From assembly GCA_951406725.2 (NCBI GenBank), contig OX597821.1, positions 97,836,001-97,900,000 of the forward strand: a stretch of 64,000 nt of DNA. Reading direction: 5' to 3'. Positions 1-10,246 of this stretch are shown in pieces. The notes under the pieces are model-generated. The model ran no database searches and was not told the origin of the DNA. It worked only from the letters and a program-made list of their open reading frames with translations. Made by a program: the position numbers and the translations under genes. Within the stretch, counting starts at the first letter, position 1. Each line of letters starts with the position of its first letter. The DNA is from Octopus vulgaris (Eukaryota).

Positions 1-510
1 AAGTCATACTGAAAAAAGCAAGTGTGAAATGAAAATAGTAAAAAAATGGGAATTTGGTTTACAATTTTTCTGAGCCTCTTCTAATAGACACTTTCCCTTG
101 TAGTGGTATGTTTTGGGATTAGATAAACTTATAATTTTTTTCCGAAAGTGGATCTGATTTTTGATTCCTTAAAATTCTGGTGACGTTTTTTTTTATGTGG
201 TCAAGCTTGTCGTTCTGCTTGGTTGGTTTCCTTGTGGATAAGTCGTTCTGGTTGGTTGGTTCTATTAAAGGGTCATTTCATTGTATTTGCTGAAGTTCAG
301 TTAGGTCTTTGTGAACATGTTAATTTATCAACATTGAAACATTTTAATTTGTCAACATTGAAACTCTTAAAGATATTTTTTCTAATTTTAAACTTTTGCC
401 ATTGATAAACAAAAAATATTGTTGAAACTAGTTTGGTGTATATGTAAATAAATGTATTTTAAACATTTACGAGTTTTTGAAATTTAGGTGCATTTTCAAC
501 AACACATTTT

Positions 511-548
<38 letters not shown>

Positions 549-552
<4 letters not shown>

Positions 553-935
553 CCGGTGACACATAAAAAGCACCATCCGAACGTGACTGATGCCAACCCT
601 GCCTCGAATGGCTTCTGTGCTGGTGGCACATAAAAAGCACCATCCGAATGTGGCCGATGCCAGCACTGCCTTGACTGGCTTCTGTGCCGGTAACACATAA
701 AAAAAAGCACCAACCGATCGTGGCCGATGCCAGACCCCTCTGGCACCTGTGCAGGTGGCACGTAAAAAGCACCCACTACACTCGCGGAGTGGTTGGCATT
801 AGGAAGGGCATCCAGCTGTAGAAACACTGCCAGATCAGACTGGAGCCTGGGGCAGCCCCTGGCTCCCCAGACCCCGGTCGAACCGTCCAACCCGTGCTAG
901 CGTGGAAAATGGACGTTAAACGATGATGATGATGA
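549..935 (+). mobile_element. RTE-LINE 3' tail / RTE-tailed SINE copy with four ~65-bp internal units, ending in (GAT)n
   Basis: Four repeats of the motif 'tgcnggtggcacrtaaaaagcacc', then 'gagtggttggcattaggaagggcatccagctgtagaaac...ggacgttaaacgatgatg'. The same tail ends the RTE element at 61150-61374. Flanked by (TA)n on both sides. Confidence 0.85.
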
Positions 936-939
936 TATA

Positions 940-975
<36 letters not shown>

Positions 976-1527
976 TGTATGTATGTATGCATGTATGCAT
1001 GTATGTATGTATCTATGTATGTATGTATGTATGTGTGTGCGTGCATGCATGCGTGTGTGTAAATAATCATATATGGCTAGTGATACAGACCAAAAACCAA
1101 AGAATCCACATCACACAATTATTTTTGATCCTCTTATTCCAACATAAGAATGTAACCCATGACTTTTAATGAGAAATGAAATTATTTGAATTGAAGAAGA
1201 TCAATGATATCATTATTGAAACATTGCAAACAAAAGTGAATGATCATATTTCAATGTTTGTTTAATTAAGAAAAAATTATATTGATCTGAATGGATTAAA
1301 ACAGAAAACAAACTCCTTTGTTCTATGTATGTTTAGAATGAAGTTATTAGGGAGTCCAACAAAGCACTTTGAAGAAGCCAAAAATGGGTGTATAGAGTGG
1401 TGTATGAATTGAAGCCTTATAGATGAATACAAGAGATCACTATTGAATATTACTCAGCATATGTGAGGTGATGCATTTCATGATCTTTCGTAGATTAAAT
1501 AGGAATAAATAGGTGATCAATGTCACC

Positions 1528-1756
1528 TTAACCCTTTCATTACCAACCCGGCCAAAACCACCTCTAGCTCTGTAGTACAAATGTCTTATTTTCATAAGTT
1601 TTGAATTAAAATCTTCCACCAAACCTTAGTCACAATTAATGTTCCTAACACTAGCTGAATAATAACTAAGTTATTTTACTAAATTCTTTGTTATAGTTAA
1701 AGTAATTGAAAGAAACACAGAGCATCTCAAAATAAATACAGTAACAAAAGGGTTAA
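1528..1756 (+). mobile_element. TTAA-flanked MITE (piggyBac-like non-autonomous element)
   Basis: Begins TTAA-CCCTTT and ends AAAGGG-TTAA (terminal inverted repeat). A reverse-complement copy lies at 35544-35771. TTAA target plus CCC terminus is typical of the piggyBac superfamily. Confidence 0.8.
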
Positions 1757-3404
1757 AGAAACAGCAAAACTATAAATGATATTATTCATGTATCACTTGA
1801 ATATCTGTGCTGTACTTTGAAGCTTTCCATATGACATCTGCTAGAATTCAAAAAGTGTGATCAAGATCAAGTTTGGTAAAAATCTACACACCATGAAGAA
1901 ATAAGGAAAAATTTGCAAGTAAGGTACTGAGTAACTATTAGGAATAGTATTGGTGTTAAGTGCTCAATAGTCCTTGCAAGGATGTCAGTTACCTTATATC
2001 ATCTTAGGACCATATGAAATGATGAGGACCTGTTTCTACTGGATGGATGAATAATACTGCACGGTAACACAAGATTTTCAAGCAAATGTACCAAGAGTAG
2101 CAATTCTGATTGGTGACAATAATCGTTAAAACATAGTCATGTAATTTTTCTTACAAGTTTTCTGATAGGTCTACACAACATGGTTATGTGACCAGTAAAA
2201 CTCTATATGTCAGCTGGTGCCTAAAGACTAACAAAGTGCTATTATTTTCTGGAGGATTTCCTGTAAAAATGACATCAAATTCATATCCATCTTTGACTGG
2301 ATGCTGTGTAGCCCAGGGCATTGATGTAATAGAGTGCTGACTACAATACCCAGTGCTACTACAATGCTTTCATTTTCATCTTTTAGCTTATAGGAGCACA
2401 TGTACATAAACAGTTTGCTTAGTGAACCTCACAACAATACAATGAATCTTCAGATTCCACTTTGAGTTACTTCAAAATTTATTTAAATTTAAATTTAAAC
2501 AAAAACAACAACAACAAAAACAAATTACATGAACGTATATAAACAGAAGATACAAATATTACAGGCATCCCCCCCACACACACACACTAAATAAACATAG
2601 ACGCACATAGAGATATAAGCATGCGCAAATGAAGACATATACAATAGAAATACAAAATGGCTGACGGTTAGTAAAGAGAGACACACAAATAAGAAAGAAG
2701 AAAGCAAAGGACCACTGATGCGGTCACAGGAGTGAGACGAAAGAACTCTGGCCGAAATTAGATTAAGATTAATGTAAAAAATAAATAACACTGAAGCAAA
2801 ATAACACCAAAAATATAGTACGTGTGTTTTTATTGGCTAAACTGGCAAAATGACCATTCTGAAATTATTTAAATTTGTTATTGTTCAATTACATGTTTTT
2901 TTATGAAGTCAATACTTTCACTGTTCATTCTTTGAGAACATGCACATAAATTTTATCGTTGGGCAAAACAATGCTGCAGCATGAAGATATTAGGATGTAT
3001 TTGAAGGTTCTTCAATTCTTTATTGATTAAAGCAGTAAACCTTCATTGAAATGCTACTATAAACAGAGTGTTGTCTGTTACTACATCACTAAGATTTTCA
3101 TGAAGTAAATCAAAATCATTTCTTGTTATTTATCCTGAGAAAATCATTTCTGATTATTCTACACCTTGATTTTAAAGCAAGTAAATTTTCTCATATAAAG
3201 TCGGCTATTATCTCTTGTACCAATATAACCAACTGTGTTGTGTTTACTGACAAAATGCAATTTTTGGATGATATTATTTCAAAACACTTGGATATCATTA
3301 GCTATTTAATTTACTCAATCAGAAATTTTACTCTGTTGTAAACTAATATTCTCAAACAACATGATTTTTCCTGGAGTTCAAAATCATGAAGCAGTAAAAA
3401 TATA

Positions 3405-3610
3405 TTGATTTCAAATTTTGGCACAAAGCTAGCAATGTCAAGGGAGGGAGTAAGTTGATTACATCAACCCTACAGCTCAACTAACACTTATTTTATTGGC
3501 CCTGAAAGACTGAAAGGCAAAGTTGACCTCAACAGAATTTCAGCTCAGAATGTATAGATGAACAAAATGCCACTAACCATTTTGTCTGACATACTAATGA
3601 TTCTGCCAGG
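3405..3610 (-). mobile_element. Degenerate SINE (family of 43772-44003)
   Basis: Contains 'tgaaaggcaaagttgacctcaacagaatttcagctcagaatgta', matching the body of 43772-44003. Confidence 0.7.
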
Positions 3611-3689
3611 TGGTGAGAAAGGATCTTTTGATGTTGGGCTTCACTGAGGGAACGAAAGGGGACTGAGACACCTGGTGGTTTGATGTGCT

Positions 3690-4020
3690 TGAGAAAACAT
3701 ACCAAGCTAAGTAAAAACATGATTGTCCTTGCATACAAACCTGAGCATTCGTAATCTTATGGACTTGTGGGTGCTGGTGTCATGTAAAAGCACACATACC
3801 AGTGCCAGATAAAAGTACCCGTAAAAGTTCCATGTAAACATACCTGTACCAGAGCTGTTTAAAACACCCAGCACACTCTGTAAAGTGGATGGCATTATGA
3901 AGGGCAAAACAGATATAGGGCCTGGGAAGCTCTTCAGGTGGCCAGCTCCGGTCAAATTAACCAACCCATGCATGCTTGGAAAACAGATATTAAATTATGA
4001 TGATGATGACAGTGATGATG
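3690..4020 (+). mobile_element. Degenerate RTE-type 3' tail
   Basis: Contains 'ggtgtcatgtaaaagcac', 'tggcattatgaagggca', 'ccaacccatgcatgcttggaaaacagatattaaa' and a (GAT)n end. Confidence 0.65.
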
Positions 4021-4278
4021 ACTTTCAACATGGGATTTCACTTTCTTTACAGCTAACGCAGACATTTCATAACTTGCTTGCTTTATGGAAGTATTTGAAT
4101 GTAACATTTTTGTTTTAAATAGATTATTGTTTGTAAAAACAGACAGTCCTTTTGTTTAGTCAGATAGCAGCGTCCAATGTTGTTCTTTTCAAAAACGATA
4201 ACTGAATATTTACAAATAAGACACACATACACATTTTCTATTTACTTCTCCAGAAAAAGATAAATTTGTAAATATACA

Positions 4279-4450
4279 TACTCTTTTACTCTTTTACTTG
4301 TTTCAGTCATTTGACTGTGGCTATGCTGGAGCACTGCCTTTTAGTCAAGCAAATCAACCCCAGGACTTATTCTTTGTAAGCCTAGTACTTATTCTATCGG
4401 TCTCTTTTGCCAAACTGCTAAGTTATGGGGACGTAAACATACCAGCATCA
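4279..4450 (-). mobile_element. 3' part of tRNA-head SINE (family of 27393-27811)
   Basis: 'ctcttttactcttttacttgtttcagtcatttgactg...' is near-identical to the tail of the copies at 27393 and 29429. Confidence 0.85.
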
Positions 4451-5059
4451 AACAAATAACCATTGCTAGTACTAGCCATTTATGCATAGCCTTTGATGCA
4501 CAATACTGGTTTTAAATCTTAAAAATAAAAAAGAAAGGCAAATGACCTACAAAATGCTAAACATGTGTAATAAGAGTATGACTATTAAATCATCAGTTAA
4601 TATATATGTCAACCATGAATTATAGTTACTCATTCGAACCCCAGAGCCGCTCCTAGGGTGTCATCGTATTTATACTCTACCAGCCCTCTATACAAAACTG
4701 AGGTGGTATTCCCACCTTGCCCATCTTGTGGATTAGCACCAGTGCCTGTCGACACTCCTTTTGCCATTCTGTCAGATTATGTCTTTTAATGAAACCAGGT
4801 TTAAATCGCTCCAAAGAGGCAGGTCGTGGAAAGAATTCCTCTGCCAGCGGATTCCACACCTTATCACCCTCCAGGTAGCGCCAGAGATGCCTCAGCCTCA
4901 ATGCATGTCTGCACGTCATCAGCCAGGGCATCCCTAACCCACCCTTTTGTGGTTCCTAGCAGCAAACAGAGTGCCTCACAAGTGGTTTTCCTTCCTTCCA
5001 CAATACGCAGAAGAGGAGTCGCTCCAACTTGTTCAACACACTGCCTCTCCTCCCATTTG

Positions 5060-6630
5060 AGATCAACTGTTCTGAATGTTCTCTCCAGGGCCTCCAGAGC
5101 TCTCTTGTGGTACCACTGCGCATTTATCCCAGACGACCATTTACCATCTCATAAAAAGTTGTCCAGTTCCAGAATCCTTTGCAATGTTGCAAATAAATGC
5201 ATCATTTGTGCATAAGTCAAGAGTAACTTGAAAGCAAAATATGCTGTCCTGACCCCGTGAAGAAATGTGGAATCAATAACTGAAGAAATAACTGCATTAG
5301 CCATACTTTTATGTTGATGGACTTTGGCAAGCAAAAGACTAATCTGAAGTGTTTTTCCAACTTCACCATAAATTCTAAGCATTTTGTTGCTGAACTCTGT
5401 ACAAAATAGTCAAGACAGTTTTCTGGGTCACAGTAAGTTTGGGTTCATTGTCACTGATATATGCTTTTTAAGTATCAATAGCATATGATGTCTCTTTCAA
5501 AATTTCTGTTGTTAGATTATTGACTGCAGTGTAGTCAGGTTAAGAGCAGTTGTGTTCTTGATGTTCTTAACCATTTATGTCATTGAGCTTGATAATGGTG
5601 GCTGCATTGTAGATTTAATCTGTATACTTTATTTCCATACTGAAGTGCATATGTTAAGCTTGTTGCCTGAAACCTTTGGCAAAGACATAACAAGACTTGA
5701 ACCAAAGCAAAAGTAGATTGGATAGTTCACAAGATTTTAATAACAAAATCAAAAGAGCTCTTGGATTCTTGGCTGTTTGAGAAAGAGAAACTCTTTAATA
5801 ATCCAATTATAAAGTATGTCTCTCTATAGGAGCTACAAACCTCACCATTGACTATTTGAAGATCGTAAAATGGACTTGAACCACCCACTTTATGGAGATA
5901 AAATTGTAGAAAGAAATATTCATACTGACTGGTGTGTACAGTATCCTCTTTCCCAAAGGCACTGCCAAAACTTTTTACATTGCCTTTCAATAGGGATCCT
6001 TTGCAATGTCCTTTCAGGAATTGGGTAACTTCATTATGACCATTTTGCTTTGTCAGAGCAAACACTGCAGAGTCAAATTCATAAATGACTTATTTGTAGA
6101 CATATTTGATAGGCTTTAATGAATTACAAAATCCAAAATTGATGTATGCGTTAAATATTTGAGTCAAGAATAGGCAGGAGAGAACTATCCATCGGTTAAC
6201 AAATTCATACTTTTCTACTAAGCTTTAGATATCCCCATCTATGGATATTCTTATTCCTTAACACTTTTATTACCCTATTTCTTTGACATACACTGCCTTT
6301 GTTTTGACTGATTTTAAAAATTATGAAAAATTTAATAAAATAACTTTGACATTATTAAGCTAGTCTTTGGAGCATAAATGAACAAGAAATGTTGATGGAA
6401 GGATTGAACGTAGATTATTTTAAACCAAGAAGTTTGTATCATAAAAACTAAGAGCAGTCTTGATCAGAATGGAATGAAAAGAGTAAAAAGGATTACCTAT
6501 CATCACTGTTTGGATCTTCACGACAAATGACCTTAGAGACTGTTTGGTGCATTTGTTGTCTTCCATGCAAAGTGGCTTCCTGTTTAAAATATCACAGAGG
6601 CCATGAACCATCTAGGTTTTTACCAAAACT
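5060..6630 (-). pseudogene. Decayed Helitron Rep/helicase (PIF1-like) coding relic
   Basis: Collinear degenerate motifs: MVHGLCDILNRKPLCMEDNKCTK (Rep-type MVHGPCG...CTK); TVHTSQYEYFFL..LHKVGG..F.DL..VNG; GEVGKTL..SLLLAKV..AVISS..STFLHGVRTAYFAFKL (Walker A region, GGTGKT...GGRTAHS.FKLP type); VVWDKC..HKRALEALERT. Many stops and frameshifts. Confidence 0.85.
6258..6486 (-). mobile_element. Degenerate TTAA-MITE nested in the Helitron relic
   Basis: Starts TTAA. The internal 'taaaataactttgacattattaagctagtctttggagcataaat' resembles 35544-35771. Confidence 0.6.
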
Positions 6631-6684
6631 GAAGAGCTCTTTCTTCCTGCAAAGTTTGTGAAGCACTCTTGATGTGTGTGTGAC

Positions 6685-6892
6685 CACTGCTCAACAACCA
6701 GTGTTGGTGTGCTTATGTTCCAGTAACTTAGCAGTTCAGCAAAAGAGACTGATAGAATAAGTACCAGACTTTAAAAAATTTTTTAATAAAATAGAAATAA
6801 GTGCTGGGATCAATTCATTCAACTAAAAATTCTTCAAGGTGGTGCCCCAGCATGGCCACAGTCTAGTGACTGAAACAAAGATAAAAGATAGA
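6685..6892 (+). mobile_element. 3' half of tRNA-head SINE
   Basis: 'agcaaaagagactgatagaataagtacc...ggtgccccagcatggccacagtctagtgactgaaac' resembles the reverse complement of the 27393-family tail. Confidence 0.75.
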
Positions 6893-7647
6893 AGATGGAA
6901 CATTATAATGCATAACAGAGTACAATAAAGCAGGTTAAATAAATGAGTTATTCATAGTAGTAATTCTGTTCTGTTTAGGTGTTGTATGTGTGTTGTGATA
7001 AGAGCAGTGGGCGTTACTACGTTAAATAATAAATTAATTCACTATTCTGCCATAATACTAAGAAGAAAAAAATTAACAGAAAGATTTGAAAATCTTATCA
7101 AGTAAATTCCATGTTTAGGCATAGACTAAGAGTAGTATTTAATATGTATGAAGAATGAACGAATGAAAATATAACTAAATATGAATTTTATTGCTGTTGC
7201 TAAGATATTTAAAATTTTCATAGAAATGCTTTGAATACAGTGTCTTTAGATAGGCTTTTATATCAGTATATCTGCTTCTATTTGTATTAAATAACTCTTC
7301 AGCCTGGGGCTGTAGCAGATGACACTTGCCCAAGTTGACATACAGTAGAACAAACCCAAAATATCATGATTGGGAAGTAAACTTCTTACCATATTGCCAT
7401 GCCTGCAATTATTCACACACATACACACTGTTATATTGTCAATATTTGAGTATTTTGAAAGGAAGATCAGTAATATTGTAAATGGCTGGGTTTTACCCAC
7501 AGTCTCAGTAACATTTTCAGCTTCCATTCAGTGGCTTTACTGAAGAATTTAGGGTGATACAAGCAAGAGAAGTCCCACAGTAAGGACTGGAAGGTGTCAT
7601 CAGTAAGCATCAAGATAACAGGAAAAAATGGAGGAGCAGCAAAAGAG

Positions 7648-7907
7648 CACAGAACTTGAGGCAATCCAACGAGGCTACACAAAGAAGATAGCCTCTATGC
7701 AGCATATAAGCTATTGGGAAAGACTCAAGAGATTAAGACTCTATTCCTTAGACCGTAGGCGAGAAAGATATGCCATAATATATATCTGGAAGATCCTGGA
7801 AGGACTTGTCCCAAACTTTGGCATCAAGAGTTACACAAATACTAGAACTGGGTGCCACTGCATAGTGCCAAGGACTCTAAATTTGCCATCAAGATGTAGG
7901 ACAAGAT
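7648..7907 (+). mobile_element. Short ORF2 fragment of CR1/L2-group LINE
   Basis: TELEAIQRGYTKKIASMQHISYWERLKRLRLYSLDRRRERYAIIYIWKILEGLVPN. Near-identical inverted copy of 8804-9063. Confidence 0.9.
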
Positions 7908-8109
7908 GTAGAGTAAGCTTGGAATACTTTTCAAAAATTCAGGTTAGTAAGGTCCAGGGCAAGGTGGGACATCATCTTTTCTATGAAAAGTTTTGAGCAT
8001 GATTGAAGGAAAAGCTCGTGAACAGGTCAGTGATGTTTAGCATTATGAATGAAGTGTTAGTGTGCTGTCAAACATCAAGCAAGCAGACTTCCATCGTGAC
8101 TGGTTCCTT

Positions 8110-8350
8110 GTGTAGGCTGCCAAGCTCAGCTAACCTTCACATCTAGAGTAAGAGTGTCATGCCATCTAGCTCACTCTGCTCTGAAAGTGGATATTTAGAT
8201 CAATTCAGTACTTGCCCAAAAATCCTTGAAGATGGCTGCTTTTGTAGGCACCATGATGAGATACTCAAGGCAGTTGCTGAAAGCGTAACCATGGCCAACA
8301 GCACAATCATTCAAGAATCTAACATTAAAGTCAATTTTATAAAAGAGCAG
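8110..8350 (+). pseudogene. Relic of Hero/R2-superfamily non-LTR element (CCHC knuckle region)
   Basis: LPSSANLHI*SKSVMPSSSLCSESGYLDQFSTCPKILEDG...RHHDEILKAVAES resembles the 'LPSPANLH.WG..CPLC..LEHILS.CP..L.DGRY.WRHD.VL' pattern (recalled, not searched). Confidence 0.55.
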
Positions 8351-8499
8351 ATAAATCTATAAAATGAATTATCTGTAACCCCTACTCATTTGACAAAGTA
8401 ACTCATGAAAGTGACTAGGAAATGCGTGTCACAAAGCTACATATCAACTGTAAGATTAGAAATTCTATAAACCATACAGTGTGCCTTGAAAGACCATAT

Positions 8500-10245
8500 A
8501 TCATTTCATTTTATCTAGTTTCAGCTCATGAGCTGTGGCCATGCTTGAGCACCGCCATTTAGTGTTGCTACATGATTTTACTTCACGAATGCTTTTTAGC
8601 AATTGATATTTGGTGCATGAGAGAGTTTGATGCAGCTGCCCTCGTTTGCACCTCCTGCCGTGAAGTTGGTTCATCTGGGACACCAGACAGGAAGAGATCC
8701 AGTTTTATTTTAAAGACATCTGCAGCCACCCCATGCAGGTCTCTCAGGTCCTTTAGGAGGATATTGAAGAGCTGTGGACCTCTGAAGCCCAGGCTATCAC
8801 AGTATCTTGTCCTACATCTTGATGGCAAATTTGGAGTCCTTGGCACTATGCAGTGGAGCCCAGTTCTGGCATTTGTGTAACTCTCGATGCCAAAGTTTGG
8901 GACAAGTCCTTCCAGGATCTTCCAGATATATATTATGGCATATCTTTCTCGCCTACGCTCTAAGGAATAGAGTCTTAATCTCTTGAGTCTTTCCCAATAG
9001 CTTATATGCTGCATAGAGGCTATCTTCTTTGTGTAGCTTCGTTGGATTGCCTCAAGTTCTGTGATTAATTTGACACTGGTTGGTGACCATAGCTGAGAGC
9101 AATAGTGAAAGTGGCCTAGGACAAGTGTCCTCCGGAGAACCATCATGGTTTCCTGGTCTCTTGTTCTAAAAGCTCTAAGAATCCATCTGGTCAGCCGCCT
9201 ACATTTCATTGCCAATTTAGCAACATGCACATGAAAGGTTGCATCATTACTCATGCAAATACCCAGGTCTCTCATTGATTGTGCCTCTGGGATTGCAATC
9301 CCTCCAGGTCAAGTGTATTTATTGGGTATTGCATTTAGTTTTGCATGCTGATAGCAGAAAGCTTGAAACTTTTCAGCATTGAACTGCATGCTATTCTTTT
9401 CAGCCCACTTGTATATTTCGTCCAGCTCACGTTGCAGGTGCATAGTGTCTTCATGGTTCTGTATTACCTGTGAAACTTTTGTATCATCTGCATAACTTGT
9501 GATCGTGGCTCTCTGCGTGGCTGAGGGCATGTCTGAGAGGGCCATTATGAACAGTAGTGGTCCCAAAACAGTGCCTTGTGGAACACCGCTCACTATTTGC
9601 GTGTTATTGGAGGTGGCCCCATTGGCTACTACCACCTGACTTCTATCCTTCAGAAAGTCATGAAGCCATTCTCCCAATTTTCCAGCTATGCCAAGATCAT
9701 GCAGTTTGTGACATATCATTCCATGATCGACTTTATCAAAGGCCTTTGCAAAGTCAAGATATATCACTCCCACATTTGAGTGGTTGAGCAGTTGTTTCAG
9801 CACCCAGTTATAGTGCTGTACGAGCTGAGTTAGGCAGCTTCTTCCTGGTCGGAAACCATGTTGGGTGTCAGGCAGCAAGTTATTTTCTTCAAGGAAGGCA
9901 ATTAGTTTCCTTCTGACTATTCGTTCCATGACCTTGCTGATGTGTGAGGTCAGAGAGATAGGTCTGTAGTTCTTGGCCTCCGCTCTGCTACCTCCTTTAT
10001 GAATAGGGCATATTTTTCCCTCCTTCAGTTTTCTTGGAAGTTTGCCAGTTGCAAGGAAGCTCTGAAAGAGGGACTGCAGTGGTCTTTGCTAGGACTCTCT
10101 TACATACTTTTAGAAGGATTGCTGGGAATCCATCGGGGCCAGTAGCTGAGTTTGGGTTCATTTCATCTATAGCCCTTATTACATCGTCTTCCTTTATATT
10201 GATGTAATCAATCATCGTTGCCTCTGATTTTATATCGGCAGTGAT
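8500..10245 (-). mobile_element. 5'-truncated CR1/L2-group LINE: frameshifted reverse transcriptase ORF2 plus 3' UTR
   Basis: ORFs 9997-10215, 9309-9929 and 8583-9275 carry GPDGFP, QHGFRPGRSC, YLDFAKAFDKVDH, GVPQGTVLGPLLF, YADD and RDLGI, plus C-terminal RRERY..IY.WKI and FKIKLD.FL..VPDEP. A short 3' tail follows at 8500-8580. Confidence 0.93.
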
Positions 10246-10246
10246 A

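Noticed and set aside
60-510. 'PLQGKCLLE' on the minus strand resembling the Penelope linker before GIY-YIG
   Set aside because: Single short motif with no supporting downstream GIY-YIG residues visible.
549-790. Regularly spaced repeats resembling a CRISPR array
   Set aside because: The 'spacers' are homologous to each other, the context is eukaryotic, there are no cas genes, and the array is part of a retroelement tail.
1760-2460. 'LPYIILGPY' resembling an SF1 helicase Walker A lead-in
   Set aside because: No GKT motif and many stops; too weak to call.
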